A stretch of 64,000 nt of DNA, taken from IMG/VR virus record IMGVR_UViG_3300022538_000960, positions 1 through 64,000 of that record. One strand, given 5' to 3'. This DNA is from a virus. The translations under genes and the position numbers were made by a program. The notes below the pieces were generated by a model. The model ran no database searches. It was given only the letters and a program-made list of their open reading frames with translations, and had not been told where the DNA came from. Of the stretch, positions 17,017 to 26,776 are shown piece by piece. Numbering within the stretch: the stretch's first letter is position 1; each line of letters opens with the position of its first letter.

Positions 17017-17916
17017 ATGAAGATTTCAGTGATTACGGTAGTTGCTAATAGGTTGGCATACCTAAAGATGCTAATGTGGAATTTATTTAATTATCAAGAT
17101 TTAGCTCATTTGGAATTCGAACATGTTATCATTGACGATGGTAGCATAGAGGATATTTTATCTTATTTGAAAACTAATTATTCCGGAAAAAATGTTCAGT
17201 ATGTTCGGACTAATAGAAAAGAACGTCGTGGTATGCCAAATGTCCCCGCCGGCCGCTCGATTCCTACCAATTTGGGTGTCAAATTTGCCCGTGGTGACAT
17301 TATATTAATTTGTGATGCGGAAGACTGCATGCTTGAACCTAGTCATTTATCCGAATTTTGTAAAAGAATTGGGCCAAATCAAATAATGGCAGCGATACCA
17401 ATTGAAACACAAAACGAAAATGACTTAATGTATTATGAAAAAAATTATAATGATCCATTGGGGTTTAAAAAATATTTGGAAGGATGCTATCCGGATTCAA
17501 TGCACCCGTCAAACATACCTCCGCATGATCGATTATATTCTATGATCGATGGAAATCTTCATTATTTGTACAGATGTTCAGGATATTGGGCGCAACGCAA
17601 GGAGGATTATATTTCTATTGGAGGATTTGATGAAGAAGCCTGGGGGATGGCCGGAGACGACTATGAATTATCTTATCGTCTGGACAAAGCAGGTTTTACA
17701 TATATTGCATCTCCATTGTACATAATACATATCTTTCATGGTCGAGGGATGGAAAGACATTCTTGCTCTGAAATCAACGAGGAATTGATCAAAGAGAGTA
17801 TGAAAATTCGCGATGGATTTTTTGAAAGAATGGAGAATAAAACGCTACCGATATCTATAAAATTTGATCCAAAGTTCCATTATGATGACGTTTACGTTGA
17901 TATATCGAAAGTGTAA
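17017..17916 (+). CDS. GT2 glycosyltransferase (A', paralog of 12155)
   Basis: Shares YLKMLMWN.FNYQD, GKNVQY.RTNRK, IPTNLGV and ILICDAED with 12155. Confidence 0.85.
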   Translation: MKISVITVVANRLAYLKMLMWNLFNYQDLAHLEFEHVIIDDGSIEDILSYLKTNYSGKNVQYVRTNRKERRGMPNVPAGRSIPTNLGVKFARGDIILICDAEDCMLEPSHLSEFCKRIGPNQIMAAIPIETQNENDLMYYEKNYNDPLGFKKYLEGCYPDSMHPSNIPPHDRLYSMIDGNLHYLYRCSGYWAQRKEDYISIGGFDEEAWGMAGDDYELSYRLDKAGFTYIASPLYIIHIFHGRGMERHSCSEINEELIKESMKIRDGFFERMENKTLPISIKFDPKFHYDDVYVDISKV

Positions 17917-17957
17917 ATTTGATACAGTGAAAGAAGTAAAACTATAAGGAGCTTAGT

Positions 17958-19001
17958 ATGAAAATATCTGTTTGTCTTTCGACACGAAGATATGGTGGGT
18001 TGCTTCAGCAATTAGAATTTTTTAGATATCAAACATTTCCGAAACAAGATTTTGAAATTGTTATTATTGATGGTCTCTATTGGCAACGAACGCAAAGTGT
18101 TATAGAAAAAGCAAAAGAATGGGGCCTAAACATAGTTTATGATGCGCCAAGAAAATTGAATTGGAAAGTTTCTATTGATCATTCGTCTACAAGAAATGAT
18201 GCGTTGGCATTGGCAAATGGGGAACTCATTGTGTTTTTTGATGATTATCAAATTCCTGTTGAACACTTGCTGGAGGAACATTGGAAGATATATCAACAAG
18301 GATATTGTTGCCAAGGTCGCCAGCATTATTTCGAGGCAACCGATTTCGATAATGTGAAAGATATTAAATTAAAAAAATCCGGGAATCCTGATTTGGGAAG
18401 TGTTGAAAGAGAGATGCCCCCAACAACTTTTTATACTCACAATTGTTCAGCCCCGCTGGCCGAATTAATAAAAGTTAATGGCTTTGATGAACGATTTAAT
18501 AGCGCAAACGGCGGGGAAGACTATGAATGTGGTTCTCGTTTGAGCCGGATAGGAAATAAAATGAAGTATAATCCAAAGGCATTATGTTATCATATGAGCC
18601 ATGAAGCTATTAGGATTTATCCTGCAGATCCGACAATTTGTTCTTTTATATATGATGCAAAGACAAAAGAAACTTTCCTCGAATTATATCCTACAATCAG
18701 TGAGAATGAAATTGAATGGATAGATTGGGTCAATATTGAAAAATATAATGGGAAAAATCATGATAGAAGCCCCATTTATTGCCATCCAAATTTTACCGGC
18801 ACATTCAAGACTGAAACGCTCGAAACTTGGGACGAAAATGGATTAATTTTTTGCAAATGTAAGGTTTGTGGATGGATGGGCGTAATTGATAGTATACCCT
18901 TGTTTCATTGGAATACCCAACATAATATTGTTGAGGCGCCAAAGAAATATTTTGATTTAATAAAAGCAAGGGAAAATATTCACGTGTCGCCGGAGATATA
19001 A
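17958..19001 (+). CDS. GT2 glycosyltransferase (D', paralog of 15428)
   Basis: RYGGL, FFDDY, NGFDE..GGED, HDR.P and CKVCG. Confidence 0.82.
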   Translation: MKISVCLSTRRYGGLLQQLEFFRYQTFPKQDFEIVIIDGLYWQRTQSVIEKAKEWGLNIVYDAPRKLNWKVSIDHSSTRNDALALANGELIVFFDDYQIPVEHLLEEHWKIYQQGYCCQGRQHYFEATDFDNVKDIKLKKSGNPDLGSVEREMPPTTFYTHNCSAPLAELIKVNGFDERFNSANGGEDYECGSRLSRIGNKMKYNPKALCYHMSHEAIRIYPADPTICSFIYDAKTKETFLELYPTISENEIEWIDWVNIEKYNGKNHDRSPIYCHPNFTGTFKTETLETWDENGLIFCKCKVCGWMGVIDSIPLFHWNTQHNIVEAPKKYFDLIKARENIHVSPEI

Positions 19002-19034
19002 TTTTTCCAATGAAACTATAAATTTCAAAGATAT

Positions 19035-19574
19035 ATGCCTTCGAGTTATTTTACATTTGAAGTTATATCCCTTACAGAACAGTTATCTCATAAATCAATC
19101 CTAGATGTTGGTCCAGGATTCGGAAAATATGGGATGTTACTGAGGGAATACTTGGATATTTGGTTTGGTAGATATCACAAAAAAAGTTGGGAGTGCCGTA
19201 TTGATTGCATTGAAGCGTTTAAAGATTACATCACCCCGGTCCATGAATACATCTATAATCAAATTTATATTGGTAAGGCCGAAGAAATGATAAATCAATT
19301 GCCTTCATATGATTTAATATTAATTTTAGATGTCATTGAACATTTGGAAAAAGATATAGGAATTAATTTTATAATAGATTGCAAGAAGAAATCATCTGCC
19401 ATTATAATTATGACACCAAAAGGATTTACAGAACAAGCGCCATATATGAGTAATCAATTTGAAATTCATAGATCAGGTTGGATAGAAAAAGATTTCGAAA
19501 CACTAGGGTTTAATTATAAAATTATCAAACCATGTCATGATAAAATTTTAGCACATTGGATTAAGAAAGATTAA
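19035..19574 (+). CDS. Class I SAM methyltransferase
   Basis: ILDVGPGFGKYG, DVIEHL and H.SGW...DF. Confidence 0.82.
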   Translation: MPSSYFTFEVISLTEQLSHKSILDVGPGFGKYGMLLREYLDIWFGRYHKKSWECRIDCIEAFKDYITPVHEYIYNQIYIGKAEEMINQLPSYDLILILDVIEHLEKDIGINFIIDCKKKSSAIIIMTPKGFTEQAPYMSNQFEIHRSGWIEKDFETLGFNYKIIKPCHDKILAHWIKKD

Positions 19575-19581
19575 ATTAGAA

Positions 19582-20424
19582 TTGGATAATTTAAGTATAA
19601 CATATATAATAAATACATGTAATCGGGGATATTTTTTAAAACAGAATATACAAGATCAAATTCTTTCGAAACATTTTGATATAGCCGGAATCAATTTTGA
19701 TATAATTATCGTTGACGATGGAAGTATTGACGGCACGTTTGGTAAAATTAAACCGTTGTGTGTTGGAAAATTGGGAATCCCAATCAAATATATATATCTA
19801 AAAAGACGAATACGCAATTGTTATTATTCTGATTCAGTGCCCAAAAATACTGCTGTATCATATAGTAATTCAAAATTTATTTACGTGGCAGATTCCGATT
19901 GTTATATATGCAATTCTGATATTTTTCATCATTTATTTGAACTTCATGAAAATGAGTATCTGTGTCCAAATATGTTTCGAATTAATTATAAAAAAGAATT
20001 CTATGATTTTTGTTCGAAAAATTGGATGCACCCATTAAAATGCCTTGAACATTTTAAGAAATTCGGGCACATATCTACGGAGTGCTATTATCCTACGATA
20101 TACGATGAAAAAGCGACCCAAGTTATTCCATTTAAATCTGGGCTCTTTGGGATGCATCGAGAAACATTTCATAATATTGGTGGGATTCCGCCGATTCGAA
20201 CACCCTTTGGAACAGATGAAGTGATGCAGGGATTAATTAAAGAACATAATATAATATTAAATGAAGACGCAAATTCAAAATTATTCGTCGTCCATTTTCC
20301 GATCAAATATGCCAAAGATTTTTTCTCGATATGTTCTCCTTATATAGACGAACATTATGAACAAATAAATGGAATTACTATTCTCAAAAAGGAATTTTTG
20401 GATGTATATGAATTAACGTTATAA
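19582..20424 (+). CDS. GT2 glycosyltransferase (E)
   Basis: IIIVDDGSIDGT, DSD and IGG. Confidence 0.8.
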   Translation: MDNLSITYIINTCNRGYFLKQNIQDQILSKHFDIAGINFDIIIVDDGSIDGTFGKIKPLCVGKLGIPIKYIYLKRRIRNCYYSDSVPKNTAVSYSNSKFIYVADSDCYICNSDIFHHLFELHENEYLCPNMFRINYKKEFYDFCSKNWMHPLKCLEHFKKFGHISTECYYPTIYDEKATQVIPFKSGLFGMHRETFHNIGGIPPIRTPFGTDEVMQGLIKEHNIILNEDANSKLFVVHFPIKYAKDFFSICSPYIDEHYEQINGITILKKEFLDVYELTL

Positions 20425-20437
20425 AAAGGAATATTAT

Positions 20438-20908
20438 ATGAAAGAAAGCGTTTTTGCTGGCGAGATGAAACAGAGTTTGTTGCATTATTATCCAGATGCG
20501 ATGTATATCAAGATCCCCGACAGTTTTGGTCAACGGTTCGGAACTGAAAAATTTTTTGATGCATTTTTCTACATCGATGGGCGATTCTTTGCCTTTGAGT
20601 ACAAGCAGCACAAATCGCATAGGGCATTTCCCTTGTCGAAGATAAGACCCATACAAGAAGAATATCTACAGAAAGCAAAGAATAATCGCGGGGTTGCATA
20701 TTTTGTTTTTAATATTAGGTATAAGGAATCAAAGCGGGTTGACGTAGCGATTTTTATAGATATAGACACTTGGAGTATATTGAAACAGGAATTGGGTTCT
20801 AGGAAGTCAATTCCCTTGGATGTCTTAATGGATAATGGCATCACGATCTCATATGAGCGAATTGAGGGGAGAAAAATATGGCAAGTGGACGGGATTATAC
20901 AAGCATAA
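20438..20908 (+). CDS. Holliday junction resolvase (RecU/Hjc-like PD-(D/E)xK)
   Basis: MKESVF, KIPD, FD.F...AFEYK and IRPIQ..YL. Confidence 0.75.
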   Translation: MKESVFAGEMKQSLLHYYPDAMYIKIPDSFGQRFGTEKFFDAFFYIDGRFFAFEYKQHKSHRAFPLSKIRPIQEEYLQKAKNNRGVAYFVFNIRYKESKRVDVAIFIDIDTWSILKQELGSRKSIPLDVLMDNGITISYERIEGRKIWQVDGIIQA

Positions 20909-20936
20909 ATTCTGGAACGGCATATGAGAAAACAAG

Positions 20937-20965
20937 TTGCGAAAGAAGGTATGATGAGCTATAAC
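20937..20965 (+). promoter_or_regulatory. Putative promoter TTGCGA-N17-TATAAC
   Basis: Contains the TGAGCTATAAC motif; intergenic. Confidence 0.6.
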
Positions 20966-20975
20966 AACCCTGAAA

Positions 20976-21467
20976 ATGAATGCGCATGTTTGTCCATTAT
21001 GCCTGTCAGACGCGACCGATACTCTGTGTAAGCTATGTAGAACCAAATATTTATTGGATAAAAAATATAAAATATTTAGGAAAAAACTAAATACTACTAG
21101 GACGAAATATAAGACTCAACATTTGCTCTACGAGATTTGTAAATTATTATATGGCACGGCATTCGAAGAAGTTGCATTTCCAAAATGCTACAGTGAGAAG
21201 GGGGCGCTTCTTCGTTTTGATATCTATATTCCAAGTAAAAAACTTCTTATAGAATATCAAGGACAGGCACACTTTGAATACAATAAATTTTTTCATAAAA
21301 CTAAGAAAGAGTTTAGGAAAGCCCAATTACGGGATCTTAGAAAGAAAGTGTTTTGTTCAAAATATGATTATGCATTTTTGGAATTTTTTCCTACTGATAA
21401 AATTTTTGCTCATGAAGTAAAACAAAAAATTGAAGCTATAATAAAAAATGAAAAAAAAGTGGTCTGA
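20976..21467 (+). CDS. Vsr/DUF559-like endonuclease with N-terminal Cys cluster
   Basis: LRFDIYIP...LIEYQG.AH...RD..K..FC. Confidence 0.75.
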   Translation: MNAHVCPLCLSDATDTLCKLCRTKYLLDKKYKIFRKKLNTTRTKYKTQHLLYEICKLLYGTAFEEVAFPKCYSEKGALLRFDIYIPSKKLLIEYQGQAHFEYNKFFHKTKKEFRKAQLRDLRKKVFCSKYDYAFLEFFPTDKIFAHEVKQKIEAIIKNEKKVV

Positions 21468-22023
21468 AAAACACAATCTTGATTCATGCAAAAATTGTGG
21501 AACTAAAGATCAATCGCATCACGCGAAAGGATTATGCAGAAAATGCTATATGCAACAAGATAATATTAAAAAATATTATCGATCATATATGTATGAATAT
21601 AATCGCTCATCTGAAAAAAGTAGAAAATATCAGCGGGAATATAAAAAATTACGCCGGTCTGAAAAATATAAAAGAAACCAAGAACAATATCAAAAAGATT
21701 GGGCAAAATCTCCAATTGGTCGAAGCATCCATCGATTTCATGATCGGAAAAGAAGAGCGAATAAAAAATTAGTAGATTTTTGGACAAGATCAATGGAAGA
21801 TTGTTGGGGATGGATGCTAGATGCAACCGAGGGATATTGCATAAAATGTGGCGATTATTATGGAATAGATAATCTTACTATGGACCACATAGTTCCATTG
21901 ATTCTCGTAGATAAGTTGGGCACCCAAAAAGCAATTGAAATTGGTGCAATTCATCATATTGATAATGTTCAAGTATTATGCAAAAGTTGCAATAGTAAAA
22001 AACATGATGCAAATAATATTTAA
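21448..22023 (+). CDS. HNH endonuclease (family B, copy 1)
   Basis: CKNCG..H.AKGLCRKCY; CIKCG..LTMDHIVP..NVQVLCKSCNSKK. Confidence 0.88.
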   Translation: MKKKWSEKHNLDSCKNCGTKDQSHHAKGLCRKCYMQQDNIKKYYRSYMYEYNRSSEKSRKYQREYKKLRRSEKYKRNQEQYQKDWAKSPIGRSIHRFHDRKRRANKKLVDFWTRSMEDCWGWMLDATEGYCIKCGDYYGIDNLTMDHIVPLILVDKLGTQKAIEIGAIHHIDNVQVLCKSCNSKKHDANNI

Positions 22024-22798
22024 CTTTTTAAATAAATTATTAGCACGTTCATCAATAATTGACAGCGAATCGAAGAATCCATCAAGAAACATCGTAAGGC
22101 TCATTAGTGTCGTTATTCCAAGTATCTATATGGTTCGAGGCAAACGAATCGACTTACCGCCACCCCTTAACAAATTGGTCGTGGGCGCAGCAGAGACTCT
22201 TAATTTGATGGAACAGGATGTCTTGGCTGCTGGGGGCAATTTGTATCTTTCCGATGCATTCAGGACACATGATATGCAACTTCAGGCTCATCTGGATTAC
22301 GTGAATAAAAAGAAGAAGTCATATTCACCCCTACCAGGCAGTTCATTCCATGAAGCAGGAAGAGCCATCGACATAGACGTTGGAAATCTCGGAATCAGTC
22401 TTGCTGAATTCTGGGAAATTGCAGGTAGATATGGATGGAGTCCAATTATTGAAGGACCCAATCCCAGAGCGAGTGAATGTTGGCATTTTGATTACAGAGA
22501 ATTTTGGGATATAATTGTCAAGTATGCTGGCTACAAGATTGCCGCAAAATTAGCGATTATGGATATTGACATAGATTGTGATCCTATATGGATCATTCAG
22601 GGGCATTTAGCCATCCAGAAAATATACGAGGGGAAGATTGATGGCCTTTATGGTCCATTGACGGAAAAGGCAATTTTATCCTTTAAACACAATAATGGAC
22701 TGACAATAGATACCTCATATGATCCAAAATTTATTGAGCAGTTGAAACTTAAGACATATGATTTCTGGGAAAAAGGAGTCAATAATGAAGAAGGATGA
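22004..22798 (+). CDS. Endolysin: M15 metallopeptidase plus C-terminal peptidoglycan-binding domain (start uncertain)
   Basis: FRT..MQ, PGSSFHEAGRAID, ECWHF; GKIDGLYGPLTEKAI..F...NGL. Confidence 0.8.
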   Translation: MMQIIFNFLNKLLARSSIIDSESKNPSRNIVRLISVVIPSIYMVRGKRIDLPPPLNKLVVGAAETLNLMEQDVLAAGGNLYLSDAFRTHDMQLQAHLDYVNKKKKSYSPLPGSSFHEAGRAIDIDVGNLGISLAEFWEIAGRYGWSPIIEGPNPRASECWHFDYREFWDIIVKYAGYKIAAKLAIMDIDIDCDPIWIIQGHLAIQKIYEGKIDGLYGPLTEKAILSFKHNNGLTIDTSYDPKFIEQLKLKTYDFWEKGVNNEEG

Positions 22799-23990
22799 AT
22801 CCAAGCGATTATATAAAGACACAATTGCTGACAAATCTATCGAACCATTCAATAAGCATTTAGAAGTCCCAATTGACAACCAAATCGATATCGAACTGGG
22901 ATTTAGTGGATTAAGAAGCGTGATGGCGGCATTGGCTATGGAAAAATTAATTCCATATGCATCGAAAATTATAAGGTATGGGGATAAAGGAGAAGAACTG
23001 AGACCAATATATAAGTCCTTCACCGTTGATTATAAAAAAGAAAAAACGCTGCCATGGATGCTGAGTCTGCATGGAAAATTTGGAGACACTCCATATGTGG
23101 CATCTATATCTCCTGGATGGAATGGATGTTCCATAATTTTTACATTTAATAAGGATTCGAATTATCAGCCGTTCGTTGAAAAATTCCGAGCGTCTGTCCG
23201 AGCAAATAATATCTATAAGGGAAAGGTATTTTCTTCCAGTGGAAGATTCATTCCCAGAAAAGATCTTATCCTTGATAACATTTATTTGCCTTCGGAAACG
23301 AAAACATTGATTAAAAATAATGTTTTGAATTTTTTCGATAAAAAGGAAATATTTGAAGCTAATGATATACCATTTAGGCGCGGGATTCTTTTAATAGGTG
23401 CGCCTGGAACGGGAAAAACATATTTGGGCGGAATATTGTCTTCTATTATGAAAGACATTAGTTTTGTTTGGACAAAGGCTGCAGATCTTGATTATCGACA
23501 AAGTTTTCAAATGATTGCGGAATTTGCATCTACCGTAGGTCCAAGTGTTTTATTTTTTGAAGATATAGATTATATAGAAACTCAAAATCGTATTGTCATG
23601 AGTGAATTTCTAAATGTATTGGATGGACAGCCAGCATTGGAAAACGTTTTGTTCATAGCGACGTGCAATTCTGATAAATTGCCTCCCAATTTGGGTGATC
23701 GTCCCGGAAGAATCGATTGCAAAATTAAATTTCCTCTCCCGGATGAAAGCCTGAGATTAATATATCTACAGGATTTTGCAAAAGCTAAAAATTTAATTTT
23801 TGATGATTCCGAACTGCAGGAATTGGCAAAAAAGACTGAGGGATTTAGCCCCGCCCATCTGAAAAATTTTATAGAATTTTCAATTCTGTTGGCAATCAAT
23901 GAAGATTCTCTCCATGAAGATAAAACTGTAAAGATGAGTATTGGCTTGGCGAACAGAGCTCTCGAAATAATAAAAGATGGCCGACCATGA
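22785..23990 (+). CDS. AAA+ ATPase
   Basis: GAPGTGKT, LFFEDID, LNVLDG and DRPGRID. Confidence 0.9.
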   Translation: MKKDESKRLYKDTIADKSIEPFNKHLEVPIDNQIDIELGFSGLRSVMAALAMEKLIPYASKIIRYGDKGEELRPIYKSFTVDYKKEKTLPWMLSLHGKFGDTPYVASISPGWNGCSIIFTFNKDSNYQPFVEKFRASVRANNIYKGKVFSSSGRFIPRKDLILDNIYLPSETKTLIKNNVLNFFDKKEIFEANDIPFRRGILLIGAPGTGKTYLGGILSSIMKDISFVWTKAADLDYRQSFQMIAEFASTVGPSVLFFEDIDYIETQNRIVMSEFLNVLDGQPALENVLFIATCNSDKLPPNLGDRPGRIDCKIKFPLPDESLRLIYLQDFAKAKNLIFDDSELQELAKKTEGFSPAHLKNFIEFSILLAINEDSLHEDKTVKMSIGLANRALEIIKDGRP

Positions 23991-24793
23991 TAGAATACCC
24001 AATGAAATCCTCACATGCTATAAAAATGGGCATAGCTTCAATTGAAAAAGTGCCAATATCTGGATTCACGGAATTCGATTTTCTGAAAGACTATTTTCCA
24101 GAGAAATATTTTGACAATTATGTAATACCAAAAGAAAACCAGCGAAAACTTTTGATTCAACTGGACAATATAACGAGTTCACTATATGGCGGAATTCCTG
24201 TAATTTGTGCCGGTCCAAAATGCGAGATGAAGCATATTTGTCCTTTCGATAAACAAGGAATTGCCCCAGTGGGCTATCAATGTCCATTGGAAAGGATTTT
24301 TTTGGAGAAAGCAATCAGAGGATATATTGAAAGCGAAAGCCTAAATATGAGCAACAAGGATGAAATGGAGAAAGCCAGGGAATTAGCTGAATGCGACTTA
24401 TATATCAAATTCCGCACTCCCGCCATACTAGCTAAAAATCCCACGGCATTTCAAGAAATCGCAAGACGATATCATCCAGAAACCGGGCAATTGATTGAGG
24501 AAAAGACTGAAGTTTCGAAAGCGATGGACGTGCGCATGAAAATGACGAAGAGACGGGATCAAATCTTGGAAGAACTTGTATCTACTCGAAAGGGAAAACT
24601 TAAACATAAACTCATCAGGCCTGGCGAGGATTATGCTACTGCCGCTGCGAGATTATTGAAAAAATTGACAAATATTGAGATAAAAGATACTGAATTCGAA
24701 ATTGTCGAGGAGAGTAAAAGCGATGAAAATGGCAGGGACTCTGAGGGAGATAGCTCGGGGAAAATTGCTCCAGACGATTCAGACAATTCATAA
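23987..24793 (+). CDS. Cys-cluster protein, possible terminase small subunit
   Basis: C-x4-C-x5-C...CPLE, a helical C-terminal half, and position upstream of terL; the function is inferred. Confidence 0.4.
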   Translation: MIEYPMKSSHAIKMGIASIEKVPISGFTEFDFLKDYFPEKYFDNYVIPKENQRKLLIQLDNITSSLYGGIPVICAGPKCEMKHICPFDKQGIAPVGYQCPLERIFLEKAIRGYIESESLNMSNKDEMEKARELAECDLYIKFRTPAILAKNPTAFQEIARRYHPETGQLIEEKTEVSKAMDVRMKMTKRRDQILEELVSTRKGKLKHKLIRPGEDYATAAARLLKKLTNIEIKDTEFEIVEESKSDENGRDSEGDSSGKIAPDDSDNS

Positions 24794-25049
24794 TTTATCA
24801 CCAACGGCAAAACGAAAATTAGCAGTATATGGAGGCATTGCTGCAGGATTCGGGGTCCTGGGCATAGCCAATAGCTGGAGAATGAATCGATACCGTGGCC
24901 AAATGACTCGGGATCAATATCAAAGATTCTTGCAAAGTCAGGGATATGTTCAACGGTTGCATAATGATAGGCGAAAATCTTATATGATGGGGCGCTCACT
25001 CCAGGAAGATCAGCTTCAACGTTTATTCCAGACTGGAGGCGTCCGGTAG
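24723..25049 (+). CDS. Small basic protein with Gly/Ala hydrophobic segment
   Basis: LAVYGGIAAGFGVLGIA; Arg-rich. Confidence 0.65.
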   Translation: MKMAGTLREIARGKLLQTIQTIHNLSPTAKRKLAVYGGIAAGFGVLGIANSWRMNRYRGQMTRDQYQRFLQSQGYVQRLHNDRRKSYMMGRSLQEDQLQRLFQTGGVR

Positions 25050-25561
25050 TGGGAACCCACGCATCTGTACTCAAATCGGTATCCTCTGCATTAAAGTCTG
25101 TTAAATCCAGAGTTACTAGACCTTCCGCTCAGATTGTTAGTAAGCCGGACGAAATGCGGATCATTCGGCATTTAAAACATATGGAAGGTAAATTGCCATT
25201 TAAGGTCGAAGGGAATATAATACGGACCGAAGGCCAAAATATCAAATTTGTTGAAAAACCAATTGGATCTATGGCAATAGCTGAGCATAGTAAACCTTGG
25301 TTTCCGTCCAATATTTCTCCGATGGAGAAACTCATATCCACCATACATGAAGTTGGCCGGGTCAAAGATCCATATCTGAATATCTATCCAAAAAGCGTAT
25401 TGGGTTCCAGATGGAGGGAATTGACAATATTGAATAATCCGACCAGGCTTGGGCCTAAGAGCTATGAGAAATTCACAAAAGGTGTTCAATTGTCATCAAA
25501 AGATAATATGCACGATTTTATTATCAGACAAGTTAAGGCTAAATATAAAAAGGTGGAATAG
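25049..25561 (+). CDS. Basic hypothetical protein
   Basis: ORF coupled to the upstream gene; SD GGAGG. Confidence 0.65.
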   Translation: MGTHASVLKSVSSALKSVKSRVTRPSAQIVSKPDEMRIIRHLKHMEGKLPFKVEGNIIRTEGQNIKFVEKPIGSMAIAEHSKPWFPSNISPMEKLISTIHEVGRVKDPYLNIYPKSVLGSRWRELTILNNPTRLGPKSYEKFTKGVQLSSKDNMHDFIIRQVKAKYKKVE

Positions 25562-25569
25562 GAACTGGT

Positions 25570-26028
25570 ATGGGAATTTTTGGGCCGACTCGCGTATCCG
25601 TATTCGGTGCAGTTCAAAATCAATTGAAGCGAGGATATAGAAAAATTGTACCAATACAATCAGAATTTCCAAAATTGGTTGAGAAAAATCTTAAAAAGTT
25701 GGGAGCTACCAGGAAATATCATCCATTTACTATGAGGAAGGGCGCAAGAAAAACATATGGATACGAAATTGCGGACTACGCTAAGCCTCCCACTGAAGAT
25801 AAATTAACTCATGCTCTTGCTACTCATATAAATCAGATCAAGGGACGACCCCTATATCGTAAGCCATTGAATAATCCGGCCGTGATGGGAGGACATTGGA
25901 AATTCAAAATGGAAAGATATATGAAATTCGGCCAGCATCTATTTCCAACCCTTGGTGAGCATGTGCCACTGAGTTCTGCTGGAAGAATACTTCAGGGCAA
26001 AAAGCCATTTGTAGCAAAAACTGGATAA
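25570..26028 (+). CDS. Basic hypothetical protein
   Basis: K/R-rich ORF within the operon. Confidence 0.65.
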   Translation: MGIFGPTRVSVFGAVQNQLKRGYRKIVPIQSEFPKLVEKNLKKLGATRKYHPFTMRKGARKTYGYEIADYAKPPTEDKLTHALATHINQIKGRPLYRKPLNNPAVMGGHWKFKMERYMKFGQHLFPTLGEHVPLSSAGRILQGKKPFVAKTG

Positions 26029-26037
26029 GGAGTTGGA

Positions 26038-26196
26038 ATGATGAAAGATAAACTTAATTTAAGAGGACTCAAGATTAAATATCCGAACAAAAAACAAATC
26101 AAGAGGTTTCAGAGGAAAATCGAGGAATTTGACAGAGCGATGGATGAAGCCATGAGAGTTACGGGAAAAGATCTTCGGCGAGAGTTTGAAATCTAA
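26038..26196 (+). CDS. Small hypothetical protein (52 aa), not in ORF track
   Basis: AAGGAG SD; MMKDKLNLRGLKIKYPNKKQIKRF... Confidence 0.55.
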   Translation: MMKDKLNLRGLKIKYPNKKQIKRFQRKIEEFDRAMDEAMRVTGKDLRREFEI

Positions 26197-26216
26197 TATA
26201 GGGAGAAAAATTTGAT

Positions 26217-26561
26217 ATGTTTGCAAAAGATATAAATTCTTGGCGGTCCATCGGCCGTTTCGTAAGCAGGTGGCTCGGACGACCAGCGGCTCAAGTATTG
26301 AGACACAAATGGCCAAGGAGATTAATTGCTGGTGGTGGTATGGGGGCATTCGCTGGCTATAAAGGTTTAACTGGGATTGCCTCCGGCTATAATATGATGG
26401 TTCAAAGTCCGGAAGATATGGCGAATCGAGCAAGGAATTACGGAATTTATGGGGATGAGCAGTTTTTTAGACGGCAAGGCAGGATGCCTAGCGCACATCT
26501 CGGCCATCCGGGCATTGGCTTGGCGATGTCTCGATTGAGACACGGAACTGGACTAAGATAG
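26217..26561 (+). CDS. Gly/Arg-rich basic protein, probable internal virion protein
   Basis: LIAGGGMGAFAGY; C-terminal GLAMSRLRHG. Confidence 0.65.
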   Translation: MFAKDINSWRSIGRFVSRWLGRPAAQVLRHKWPRRLIAGGGMGAFAGYKGLTGIASGYNMMVQSPEDMANRARNYGIYGDEQFFRRQGRMPSAHLGHPGIGLAMSRLRHGTGLR

Positions 26562-26599
26562 GATGACAATTATGAACGTCCAATCTGAAGGAGCGGACT

Positions 26600-26776
26600 A
26601 TGACAGACGGACTGATATTTGTGGGGATCATTATAATTTGGGATATTTTCAGAAGTTGGATCATTGCCCCCCGGAAAACAGAAAAGCGAATAAAAAAGCA
26701 CTTAATAAAATTGGAAGAGATATTAAAACGGCTGGAAAATAATCAGAACCATTGTATGAAAAATGGAGAGGAATAA
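26600..26776 (+). CDS. Small protein with N-terminal TM helix and coiled coil (58 aa), not in ORF track
   Basis: GAAGGAG SD; MTDGLIFVGIIIIWDIF... Confidence 0.55.
   Translation: MTDGLIFVGIIIIWDIFRSWIIAPRKTEKRIKKHLIKLEEILKRLENNQNHCMKNGEE

Noticed and set aside
7735-20424. Host O-antigen or capsule locus (prophage boundary or contamination)
   Set aside because: There are no wzx, wzy, wzm or initiating transferase genes. The cluster is flanked by phage genes and contains a phage family A HNH gene.
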